This document shows positions 18,176 to 27,340 of a DNA stretch of 52,307 nucleotides, piece after piece. The translations under genes and the position numbers were made by a program. Source of the DNA: Chlamydiota bacterium (GTDB lineage: Bacteria; Chlamydiota; Chlamydiia; Chlamydiales; SM23-39); NCBI GenBank assembly GCA_038534095.1, contig JBCAXK010000007.1, positions 1 through 52,307 on the forward strand. The letters run 5' to 3'. Every line of letters begins with the position of its first letter. The first letter of the stretch is position 1. The notes below the pieces were generated by a model that saw only the letters and a program-made list of their open reading frames with translations, had not been told where the DNA came from and made no database searches.

Positions 18176-20104
18176 ATGGATCTATCGATAGGAAGTACAT
18201 CAGAACTTGATGAAGAAAGGCTCTTTACCAAAGATCCCTTTCAAGTAGAGAGGCTATCCGATTTAGAAAAAAAAGTGTTCGCCCTCATCATTCAGCCCGA
18301 TTTGCCTGCAATAGCTCAGGAAAGGATCTTAGCGCTATTAGCGCTTCTTGGCACGAAAGATATCAGAAAAATCACTCAAGATATTCGACAGATACGTCTA
18401 GGTACCGAGTTTGCTAACGCCAGGCTATTGAAAAAGATCGCCAGGTTCTGGAAAGAACACAAAAAAGAAATCATCATAGGCGCGATTATTGTTGCCACTG
18501 TTATAACCGTAGGGGTTGCTACTGGAGCGCCTCTTACCATAGATATGGGAGCAGGAGGAGTCTGCGTAGCCATGGAGGTCATGACTCTTGGAAGCGAAGA
18601 GAAGACCCACACTTCGTATGATCTTCCCTCTCCGTGCCCAAATGGGTACCATTCCCCCCAGCAAGTAATGCACCAAAGAAAAAGCGCAGAGGCTGCTTCT
18701 CTTGAAATCTCAGAGGAAAAAGATTCTGCAGAAGAGATTGCAAAGGAGAAACTTCTCCACGCTCAAGAATCCTCCCGAGAATACTTCACCCCCTTTGAAG
18801 TTCCCCCTTTTGAATTGTTTGATGAGGGGTTTCTTCCTGAAGCAGCGTATAGCTTGCCTCCCAACGTCGATTTTTCTTACCTCGAAAACCCTAATAAGAC
18901 GTTGACGTTTGATTATCAGGAGCCCTCGCTCAAAAATCGTGATCTTGGGATGCTTCAATCCATCTTCACTCTCTATGAAATCTCTCAAGATCCTAGCACA
19001 TTTGCCTACTCTTCAGAAACAGGGTTGGAGCCAGATTTTTATAAAATCTCTGAATGGATCGTTAACCATCCAGAGCGAATGCAGGGATTGCAACCGTTTT
19101 ATCCCGGCTCTCCTTACGGCGCAGATTCCATCTTGAACTTCACACCAGAGTGGGTAAAAAAATGCCAAGAAACGATCGATCAAGAGCAGTATCCTGAAGT
19201 ATATGCACTACTAGAAAAAGTCTCCGACTGGGCTGAAAATCGTCCCCCAAATATCCCAGGCTGGAAGCCTTTTGTTCCCTACATGCCAAGCGCAGGATTC
19301 GATCCTATGATCGATCTTGCGCGGGAATGGACCGAGAAATTTCAAGGTCAAGCCGACCCTAAAACATTTTCTTCTGTCTATAACATGCTCCTTGAATCGG
19401 CCATCTCTTCCAATGAATTTCACAAGGACTGGGAGAAGTTCACTCAAAAACATCAGAAGCCCCATATATTTTACACCGCCGTTAATGGCATCTCTGTTAA
19501 TCAGGAGCTCCTAGAAGAGTACAAGGTGTATTTTAAAGACCGGATCACTCACGGTAAAAAAGTCGATTGGACTTATAACGAGGATAGAGGTTTTCGCCAG
19601 CATATACATGATCTTCTTTACAAAGACTTTCAAGAACAGCTCGCTCCTGCTGGAGAGGAATTGAAGGCCAAGATCCTCGATTTTTATGAAAAAAATAAAG
19701 AAAATCCAGAAGCTCGTATTATCCACTTTTGTCACAGTCAAGGGGGGCTTATTACAGGAGCTTTGCTTCGGCAATTGCCTAAAGAAGTGCGAAGCCTAGT
19801 CTACGTGATCTCTATAGCATCTCCCATTCCTATTTACAATGAAGATTGTGGAGGTGCGGTGAATTTAGTTAGCGATCGTGATTCTATGCCTCTAGGAAAA
19901 TATGTCTATAAACGCCTACCATTCAACATAGAGGAGATGCACAAGCTTTATCGACTCCATCATGAAGGAAAAACTGCGAATATGCTTTATGTACGACATC
20001 ACCCAGAAGCGTGCTCGTTTTTTGATCATCACTTGAGGAGCCCTACTTACGAGATTCTACTAGCAGAGCTTATTAAAAATGGATTTTTTCACGAGAGTCA
20101 TTAG
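18176..20104 (+). CDS. Hypothetical protein with a TM segment and a C-terminal alpha/beta-hydrolase-like (DUF687-like) domain
   Basis: AGGAG RBS; TM IIIGAIIVATVITVGVATG; C-terminal VNGI...HFCHSQGG...SDRD...DHH suggests a Ser-Asp-His triad. Confidence 0.7.
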   Translation: MDLSIGSTSELDEERLFTKDPFQVERLSDLEKKVFALIIQPDLPAIAQERILALLALLGTKDIRKITQDIRQIRLGTEFANARLLKKIARFWKEHKKEIIIGAIIVATVITVGVATGAPLTIDMGAGGVCVAMEVMTLGSEEKTHTSYDLPSPCPNGYHSPQQVMHQRKSAEAASLEISEEKDSAEEIAKEKLLHAQESSREYFTPFEVPPFELFDEGFLPEAAYSLPPNVDFSYLENPNKTLTFDYQEPSLKNRDLGMLQSIFTLYEISQDPSTFAYSSETGLEPDFYKISEWIVNHPERMQGLQPFYPGSPYGADSILNFTPEWVKKCQETIDQEQYPEVYALLEKVSDWAENRPPNIPGWKPFVPYMPSAGFDPMIDLAREWTEKFQGQADPKTFSSVYNMLLESAISSNEFHKDWEKFTQKHQKPHIFYTAVNGISVNQELLEEYKVYFKDRITHGKKVDWTYNEDRGFRQHIHDLLYKDFQEQLAPAGEELKAKILDFYEKNKENPEARIIHFCHSQGGLITGALLRQLPKEVRSLVYVISIASPIPIYNEDCGGAVNLVSDRDSMPLGKYVYKRLPFNIEEMHKLYRLHHEGKTANMLYVRHHPEACSFFDHHLRSPTYEILLAELIKNGFFHESH

Positions 20105-20405
20105 AAAGCGTCATAAAAATTTAAGATCAATTCACACCACCACACTCTGGGACCAAAAATCTTAGATATAAATTTGAAAAAGGCAAGCATCAGATCACCG
20201 ACACCTGTACGTGCAAGTCTTGCTCTAAGATAGTTGTAAAAGCACTCAAAAACCCGTTCGGTATGAATGGAAATAGCCTTGAAGATGTTTCAAGAAAATT
20301 TCAATGCGAGCTCCCTACACAAATATTACATTCTTATTGACTACTCAAGAAGTATCTTTTAAGATTCCTTTTTTTTCTGGAAATTCAACATAGGTATCTT
20401 AAATT

Positions 20406-22016
20406 ATGCCGATTACTCATTATTTAAAACTTGGTGTATTTTTCTTACTCCCGTTTTTTTCAGTTACTTGTGAATTAAAAGAGAAAAATCTGACAATACC
20501 ATTTGTTACCCAATTTCTACGTGAAAATGGCTCTTTTCTAGCTGACAACAAACAGGTAGAGTTTGTCGAGCGTGGTATGACCCATATTTACAAAGTACAT
20601 AACACCCAAACATGGTACCTTAAATTCACTCCACAAAAACGGCGTTCAGTTGGCGTCTTTTATCCAAAACGCCTTTGGTCTCCCACAACTCACGAATCAA
20701 GCCTACACGGTATTCGTCGAAGGGAAGCTTTACGTCCTCTTATTCGCAAAATCAATGCTCTAAGCGGTAGACATCTCCTCATTCCTCCCCATCCTATCGA
20801 TCAAGAAGGTAAAATTTGGGAATTGATGACTCCAGGGCCTGAAGAACTTTCATGCCCAGTGCTTGCAAATAATCTAGCAACTGGCTGGCTTGGAATCGAA
20901 GCTGTCGCAAACCCGCAACATGATGGTTCTCCTGATCTTTGGGACCCAAAAATCTATCCCGCTTCGAATCTTCGTGCACTAGCAATGCACCTGAAAAAAA
21001 TTTCCGATCTTGCAATAGCTACCATGGACGATACTTCTCTATCAACATTGCGCCATGAAAGAGATCGTTACTTGCAATACGATAACCTTATAGTCCCTTT
21101 TCTAAGCGTATGGGGGGTAAGTCAGTTTTCTCTTCAAGATGTCCTTGAAGGAATGGATAATCCCTATTCTCAAGAATGGCAGGAATTAACAAGCCAAGCT
21201 AGAAAGAAGATCGAGCAAATTGATCACCGCCTTGCTGATATCCGAAAAATTCACCATCTTGATGAAAAAACATCTTTAGAGTCGATAAAAAATGATTTTT
21301 ACAAAAAAGTTGAGCCAATTTTTTTACAACAAGAAAAATCGGATAACTTCGATTACCTGCCCCCCCGTTTACGTTTTTTTTACGCTCTGTTTTCGCTAGA
21401 ACGAGAAGGGCTTATCTCAGAAGAAACGCGGCTTTTAGGTAGAAACCTTGCCCAATGTGACATTGCATACCAATTGGCGAATGATATTTTGTACAATCAA
21501 GGGGTAATTACAAAAGCACTATTCGAATTACTACACAATATTCAATCCTACTATAAAACCGTTCAACGTGCTCCCAAAAGCCTTATCCACGGTAACGCGC
21601 ATCCCCATGAATTTTTACAAGACAAAAAGGGAAATTGGACACTTGGAGGGTGTGAATATCTTCATGTTGGATGTGTATACAGAGATATTGCTCAAGAATA
21701 CGTACGCAAACTTGTCAAAAGCTATCTCCTTCAAGAAACGAGTCAAGATGATACACTTGAAAAAATTGAAGCCGTATTGGTTCCAGGCTGGTTTGACTCT
21801 TTTTGGCCAGATATCATGGGATACTGTGTCGTCGAATTTGCTCAAGAGCTTGAAACACTTTTCTTTGCTTATTCGATGGATCTTGAAAAAATTGACTTCT
21901 TGAATTTAACCATTACACCAGAAACATTTTTGAAAGAAATGCGTGAGAGATTAACTTTTGAAAACTGTTATCGTAATGAGTTGTTTCCTCTCATAAACCC
22001 TACTCCAATGCGATAA
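20406..22016 (+). CDS. Exported APH/choline-kinase-like fold protein with degenerate catalytic motifs
   Basis: Signal-like N-terminus; GMTHIYKV...WYLKF N-lobe; SLIHGNAHPHEFL and LGGCEYLHVG..YRDIA in place of HGDxxxxN and IDWE...G....D(L/I)A. Confidence 0.65.
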   Translation: MPITHYLKLGVFFLLPFFSVTCELKEKNLTIPFVTQFLRENGSFLADNKQVEFVERGMTHIYKVHNTQTWYLKFTPQKRRSVGVFYPKRLWSPTTHESSLHGIRRREALRPLIRKINALSGRHLLIPPHPIDQEGKIWELMTPGPEELSCPVLANNLATGWLGIEAVANPQHDGSPDLWDPKIYPASNLRALAMHLKKISDLAIATMDDTSLSTLRHERDRYLQYDNLIVPFLSVWGVSQFSLQDVLEGMDNPYSQEWQELTSQARKKIEQIDHRLADIRKIHHLDEKTSLESIKNDFYKKVEPIFLQQEKSDNFDYLPPRLRFFYALFSLEREGLISEETRLLGRNLAQCDIAYQLANDILYNQGVITKALFELLHNIQSYYKTVQRAPKSLIHGNAHPHEFLQDKKGNWTLGGCEYLHVGCVYRDIAQEYVRKLVKSYLLQETSQDDTLEKIEAVLVPGWFDSFWPDIMGYCVVEFAQELETLFFAYSMDLEKIDFLNLTITPETFLKEMRERLTFENCYRNELFPLINPTPMR

Positions 22017-22341
22017 GGATTACCCGTAATAGCTGATTCATCGAAAGTTCCCTCGCTTGTTGCACCAAATCTATTATTCGTAATGGCCTGAATACAAACA
22101 TCTACATGAAAACTGGAAGAGTTAATGAGAAATCATTTATGCCAACATCCACGGAATACGTCTATTGAGAAATAATCTTTGGTAATGCCCATCCTTCCTA
22201 ACGAGGTATCTACAAATAACCTCGCTATAAAACTTATTTATAGCTATTTTTTTTAAGACTCTCTAGAGTATTTATTTTATTTTTTATCAACTTTCTATTT
22301 GGGAAGTTGCTCTCATTAAAACCCCTATTTTGGAGTGTTGT

Positions 22342-23031
22342 ATGTACCAAGTATTTGATCAAGAAGTATTTGAAGAAGCCCTATGGAGTCAAAAAAGCGC
22401 TGTTATCTCTGAAGCTTTGCATTACCGGCAATATTTAACAGGTTGGTGCTCGTTTGACAAATGTACCGCTCTGATCAATCTTATCTTAGCGACAAAACCC
22501 TCTGTTGTTGTGGAAATTGGCGTTTGGGGGGGCAGCTCTCTTGTTCCGATGGCAACGGCTCTTAGAGCGAACCAAAAAGGTGTGATTTATGGCATCGATC
22601 CTTGGGATAGTCAGGAGTCTGCTCGTCACCAAAAAGCAGATATTCATTACAATTTTTGGAGTAGCGCGGATCATGAAGCTGTTTTCATTGAGCTTCAAGA
22701 GTTCATTCAGAAGGCTTCTTTAGAAAAGCAAATTGTTTTAATTCGGGAAACTTCGGAGGAGGCTGAGCCTATTCAAGAGATCGATATTTTACATATTGAT
22801 GGCAATCACGGCAAAGAATCCTCTTTGAGAGATGTTCGTAAATGGGGTCCTTTGGTCAAAGGATTTGTGATTTTTGATGACATCAACTGGTATGATCGGG
22901 GAGAAAATACCACGAAGGATGCGGTGGCTTATCTTGACGAACATTTCGTGAAGATCGCTGAGTACTTTAGCGATGAGGGAGACTCTCTTCCTAAATGGGG
23001 AATTTGGATGAGAGCGCCCGTCTCGGAATAG
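22342..23031 (+). CDS. Class I SAM-dependent methyltransferase (Methyltransf_24-like)
   Basis: GWCS..K, VVEIGVWGGSS, GIDPW, IDILHIDGNH, IFDDINW; GGAG RBS before the ATG at 22342. Confidence 0.9.
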   Translation: MYQVFDQEVFEEALWSQKSAVISEALHYRQYLTGWCSFDKCTALINLILATKPSVVVEIGVWGGSSLVPMATALRANQKGVIYGIDPWDSQESARHQKADIHYNFWSSADHEAVFIELQEFIQKASLEKQIVLIRETSEEAEPIQEIDILHIDGNHGKESSLRDVRKWGPLVKGFVIFDDINWYDRGENTTKDAVAYLDEHFVKIAEYFSDEGDSLPKWGIWMRAPVSE

Positions 23032-23083
23032 GAATTTTTCCCACATAAAGCTAGTGCCTATCTTGTAGTAGGCACGTTGCTCT

Positions 23084-24652
23084 ATGACTGGACTGTCTTT
23101 GATGAAGTGCTACCGATTTCTTTTCCCCTTATTTACCTACGCTTCTTTGATGAGCGGATCTTTTGATACAGAAGATCTATCTCTGGTTTCTGATCTTTTT
23201 GAGAGTGGTGAGGCCATTTTTGAGCTTGCAGAATCTTTCCGTCAAAAAGAGGCTTTTACTGAGGCGTGTTACTGGTATAAGACCCGCCTTGAAAAAGAAC
23301 CTCAAGAAACGTTTCAGCTTTGGTTTTCGAAATGGATGCTCGGCCGAATTTTTGAAAAGAGTGGCAAACATGCAGAAGCGATTCTCTGGTATATGGAGGC
23401 TTGCAACGAAAATCCCAATAGACCAGAGCCTTTTTACGATCTGTGCCACTTTTATCGGTTGCAAGGTGCTAACCACCTATCCTATCTTTTTGGCAGTGAA
23501 GCGAGAAGAATTTTAGGAAGAATGGAGGCAAAAGAACCCTTTTATGAAGGCTTTCATCCTACGCTTCTCGATCTTGAACTCTCAATCATAGCATTTTACA
23601 CCCCCTATCAAGAAGAGGGATGGATCGCTGCAAATCGCTTGGTGTTGGATCCTACCTTCCCGTTTCATTGGAAAAATTCGGTCTACAATAATTTGCTGTT
23701 TTATACAAAAACCATTGAGAAGGTGGATGAAATTCGGATCTACGCTAACCTCCCTAAAATCGCTTCCCATCTATCTGACCGGTATTACCCTTTAAATCCC
23801 TCAATTATTCGTAGTGAGGAGGGGTATTTTCTCCTCTTAAGATCCGTGAATTACTTGCAAGAGGGGGCAAGAAATTTTCATACAGAGGATATTGAGGGAA
23901 AATTCCGCACAAAAAATTTCCTGCTCGAGCTTGGCAAAGATTTTTCTCTACATAGTCAGGTGGAAATCGTAGAAAACCTTTTAAGAAAAAAGTATCTTGG
24001 CTCGTTAGTAGATGGCCTTGAGGATTGCCGGCTTATCAAAAATACCGAGGGATTTTGGTTTTCTTGCACAACAAGTGATACCAATGCCCAATTTCTTCCA
24101 AAGGTTTCTTTATGCAAGTTGTCATTAGATTTGGATCAACAGCCCCTTTTTGTTCGGAAGTTCACCACATTCTCCGGATTTCAAGAAGACCGCTGCGAAA
24201 AAAACTGGCTCCCTTTTGTGCGCGATGATGAAATTTTTTTCATCTATTCCTTTTCTCCTCTTTTGATCCTTAAACCCGATACAGATACGGGTAAGTGCTC
24301 TTTGGTCACTGAGCAGACGCTTCCGAAAAACTTATCCAATCTTCGAGGTTCCGCATCTCCTATTCCCTTTCATCAGGGATTTTTAGCACTGACCCACGAA
24401 GTGGTCTATAAAGACGACTCTACTAGATGTTACCTTCACCGGTTTGTGTACATGAACCGAGCTTATATCGTAGAAAAAATTTCCAAACCATTTATTTTTT
24501 CCCATTTTGGTGTTGAGTTTTGCTGCGGCATGACTTTGAATCATGAAGAAGATACTTTGGTGATTCCTTACGGATTTGAAGATCGAGAAGCGCGAATATG
24601 TCTTGTGGGGGTAGATACTGTGCACGCCATGTTAGAAGATTTAGAAGATTGA
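23084..24652 (+). CDS. TPR plus five-bladed beta-propeller (GH130/GT91-like) protein
   Basis: TPR helices (A..WY..R, PNRPEPFYDL), then NPSI, RSVNY, GLEDCRL, EKNWLPF, LRGSASP, YLHRF, VEFCCG, YGFEDRE. Confidence 0.78.
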   Translation: MTGLSLMKCYRFLFPLFTYASLMSGSFDTEDLSLVSDLFESGEAIFELAESFRQKEAFTEACYWYKTRLEKEPQETFQLWFSKWMLGRIFEKSGKHAEAILWYMEACNENPNRPEPFYDLCHFYRLQGANHLSYLFGSEARRILGRMEAKEPFYEGFHPTLLDLELSIIAFYTPYQEEGWIAANRLVLDPTFPFHWKNSVYNNLLFYTKTIEKVDEIRIYANLPKIASHLSDRYYPLNPSIIRSEEGYFLLLRSVNYLQEGARNFHTEDIEGKFRTKNFLLELGKDFSLHSQVEIVENLLRKKYLGSLVDGLEDCRLIKNTEGFWFSCTTSDTNAQFLPKVSLCKLSLDLDQQPLFVRKFTTFSGFQEDRCEKNWLPFVRDDEIFFIYSFSPLLILKPDTDTGKCSLVTEQTLPKNLSNLRGSASPIPFHQGFLALTHEVVYKDDSTRCYLHRFVYMNRAYIVEKISKPFIFSHFGVEFCCGMTLNHEEDTLVIPYGFEDREARICLVGVDTVHAMLEDLED

Positions 24653-24653
24653 T

Positions 24654-25661
24654 ATGAAATCCCGTATAACCCTCCTCTATTTTTTATGTATTTCTCTTTG
24701 CGCAGCTCCCCCTGTGATCCCTTCTCCCCAAGAAAGCATGTTTCTAGAAACAAAAAATGTTGTTCTTCCCGAGTTTCCTGATGCCTTTAATCCCTCAATT
24801 CTTGCTGTGCCTGAAGGGTTTTTAGTCAGCTTCCGCTACCCGCCTGATCCAGAATATCCTTATCAAAGCTGTATCGGCTTAGTCCTCTTGAATGAAGACT
24901 TAGAAAGTACTTCTCCCCCCTACTTACTCAAAATCAGGGAGCAAAACGCCCAGATTCCCCCCCAAGCAGAAGATGCCAGACTTTTTCATTATCGAGGTGC
25001 CATTTGGATCATGTATAACGACAATCCCGATGAAGAAGTGCGCCACTATTCTGATCGAAGAGATATGTTTTTAGCAGAGCTCATTTTTGAGGAGGGAAAG
25101 TATGTGATGCAACAGCCTCTTAGGCTGATTGCAGAAGATTACTATGAGCGGCAAATCTGTCAGAAAAACTGGGCTCCTTTTGTGTGGGAAGATGTATTAT
25201 TCATTTCCTATACCCTGGATCCCCATGAAGTTTTATATGTTGCCAAAAATGGGGTTTGTCGCCGCTACGTTGAGTCTCATCGAGAAATCCCTTGGGAATT
25301 TGGTCACATACGTGGTAGCTCTTCTCCTAAGCTTATTGATGGAGAGTATGTAGGTCTCTTCCATGCTGGGCAGTTCTGTCAAAATCCCTCATTAGAGGCT
25401 GAAGAGCGGCTCCACTATGTTTTTGGGATCTATACAACAGACCCTTCCCCCCCTTTTGCAATCACAACCCTTTCTGAAGAACCTCTTGTTAGCTCCGATT
25501 TTTATACAAAGAGCGACTACTACAAACGAGTGATTTTTCCTGGGGGATTTGTGCTCAAAAATGGTATTCTTTACGTAGCTTACGGGAAAAATGATGCGGA
25601 AATTTGGATTGGCAAGCTCGATTGGGAAAAAGTACGATCATCCCTGATTCCTACTCAGTAG
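24654..25661 (+). CDS. Exported five-bladed beta-propeller (GH130/GT91-like) protein
   Basis: Signal peptide MKSRITLLYFLCISLCA; FNPSI, AEDARLF, QKNWAPF, IRGSS, VIFPGG, AYGKND; starts 1 nt after the upstream stop. Confidence 0.8.
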   Translation: MKSRITLLYFLCISLCAAPPVIPSPQESMFLETKNVVLPEFPDAFNPSILAVPEGFLVSFRYPPDPEYPYQSCIGLVLLNEDLESTSPPYLLKIREQNAQIPPQAEDARLFHYRGAIWIMYNDNPDEEVRHYSDRRDMFLAELIFEEGKYVMQQPLRLIAEDYYERQICQKNWAPFVWEDVLFISYTLDPHEVLYVAKNGVCRRYVESHREIPWEFGHIRGSSSPKLIDGEYVGLFHAGQFCQNPSLEAEERLHYVFGIYTTDPSPPFAITTLSEEPLVSSDFYTKSDYYKRVIFPGGFVLKNGILYVAYGKNDAEIWIGKLDWEKVRSSLIPTQ

Positions 25662-26079
25662 GCAAAATCTTGTGCGTACTGAAAAACGCCATATCGCAGA
25701 AGTTACTTCCGAAAAGACGCTACGTAGTTGCTTTGTTATCCATACAAACAGCCTCTCCATTTTGTTACCTGTTGATAACCAAATGTAGCGTCAGCTCTAA
25801 TCAAGCTTTTACTCGTTGCTTGAGAATATTTTACTCCCTTTTTCCTTTCAACGATTTTTTGCAATAAAACCGACTAGGCTTAGGTAATTCGAGAATATTT
25901 TACGTTGAAATCCGATGAATTTCTGGATTTTAACATGCAAATAGGCGTATAGTTCTTCTATTGATTTCGAGTCATGCCTATTTCCAAATGGTTCTAAAAC
26001 ATTTGCCGATCGCATGGCCCTTTCGTTGTTTGTTTATATGAAAGTTACACTAAATGTTCGGTCGTTTCCTTTTCCTCCC

Positions 26080-26775
26080 ATGCAACCTATTGGGCAGTGG
26101 CATCCTTTAACAGTCGTTTTACTGATTCTTATCCCAATTTTTGCATTTTTAGGTACATTTGCTCTCAGCATTTTGTCTGAAAGGTCTCACGCGTTAAAAA
26201 CGCGCTGCTCGTATCCTTACGCTCGGCCTGTTTTTCATCATTCCCCTTTACGAGTTTCTTCCCCAAGAAGATCTCCGCTCCTTTTTTCTCAAACGCAGAA
26301 GATCGGTGATCGTGGAAACGTAGAATCTCCTCAATACATTCCTAGCTGCCCGCTTCTGACTGTCGATTGTACCGAAGAGGACAAAGCTCTTGTTTTTCAT
26401 CTTGTTGAGACTTTAGCAACAGGATATTGGAGTTTAGTCGGATTACCATTTAAACGATCGGCTTTAGAAGCTCTTCCTTTCTATGTGTTTTTTGAGGCTC
26501 TCCTTGCTATTGACGATCTCGGCAGCTATTTTGCAGAGATGGATAGAACGGTATGGGACAAGCATTGTTGGACAGAATTTTATAAAGGTATTACTAAAAG
26601 ATTAGATACCGTGACCGAATCCGATAAGGACTACCTACCTACTTTTTGCAACAAACATAATTTGGATTATGAAACTATTTTGAGTAACATCGATGAAAAA
26701 AATGCAGTAGCCTTACTCAATTATTTGGCTGATTCCTTAAAACAAAAAAATAAGAGACCCTTTAACTATGTTTGA
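26080..26775 (+). CDS. Hypothetical protein with N-terminal TM; distant paralog of the next gene
   Basis: TM segment, then CTEEDKALVFHLVETLA...LPFYVFFEALL...F...L...D, aligning by eye with the downstream ORF. Start uncertain (26014/26038/26080). Confidence 0.65.
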   Translation: MQPIGQWHPLTVVLLILIPIFAFLGTFALSILSERSHALKTRCSYPYARPVFHHSPLRVSSPRRSPLLFSQTQKIGDRGNVESPQYIPSCPLLTVDCTEEDKALVFHLVETLATGYWSLVGLPFKRSALEALPFYVFFEALLAIDDLGSYFAEMDRTVWDKHCWTEFYKGITKRLDTVTESDKDYLPTFCNKHNLDYETILSNIDEKNAVALLNYLADSLKQKNKRPFNYV

Positions 26776-27340
26776 TTTACTACTACAAGAATTTGGAGAA
26801 GTTTCGCAACCTGCTTCCCCCCCCGCCCAAGTCATCGAACGCTCTGTCATGGGCCGAAGAGAGCCTTTAAGCATTATTCGCCCTCACCCACATAAAAGAC
26901 TCTCCTACACGGAACTACGGTGCACAAAAGACGATCAAAAAACCATTCATACGATCATTAGCAATGTAGCTGAAAGAGGAAAGCTATGGCTTCTTGCGAA
27001 TAAATCAGATTTTGATCAGATGAGTGAAGAAATCAAACCGGTTCATCCTTTGAAGTTTTTAGAAGTCATTTTTTCTAATCCCTACCTAAGCCAGTGTATA
27101 GAAGAGCTGTTAAACGACTTCTGGAAAAGGATCAACTTCATGCCAGAACTACGATCCAGCCTCACAGCCCGTTATGAAGCAAGAGAGCTTTTAATCCATA
27201 TAGAGGACTTTTCTGAAGCGCTAAATCTTGATCGAGAAAAAATAGAAGAATATTTTCTCGGAGGAAATTGGGACGATTTGGTGTGGTATCTCATTCAGAA
27301 AAAAAATCATGCAGGTAGTCATGAAAAACAGGGGGGTTAA
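26768..27340 (+). CDS. Hypothetical protein resembling a chlamydial HPLKFL-motif helical family
   Basis: CTKDDQKTIHTIISNVAE...VHPLKFLEVIFSNP...DFSEALNL...NWDDLVWYLI; overlaps the upstream stop. Confidence 0.7.
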   Translation: MFDLLLQEFGEVSQPASPPAQVIERSVMGRREPLSIIRPHPHKRLSYTELRCTKDDQKTIHTIISNVAERGKLWLLANKSDFDQMSEEIKPVHPLKFLEVIFSNPYLSQCIEELLNDFWKRINFMPELRSSLTARYEARELLIHIEDFSEALNLDREKIEEYFLGGNWDDLVWYLIQKKNHAGSHEKQGG

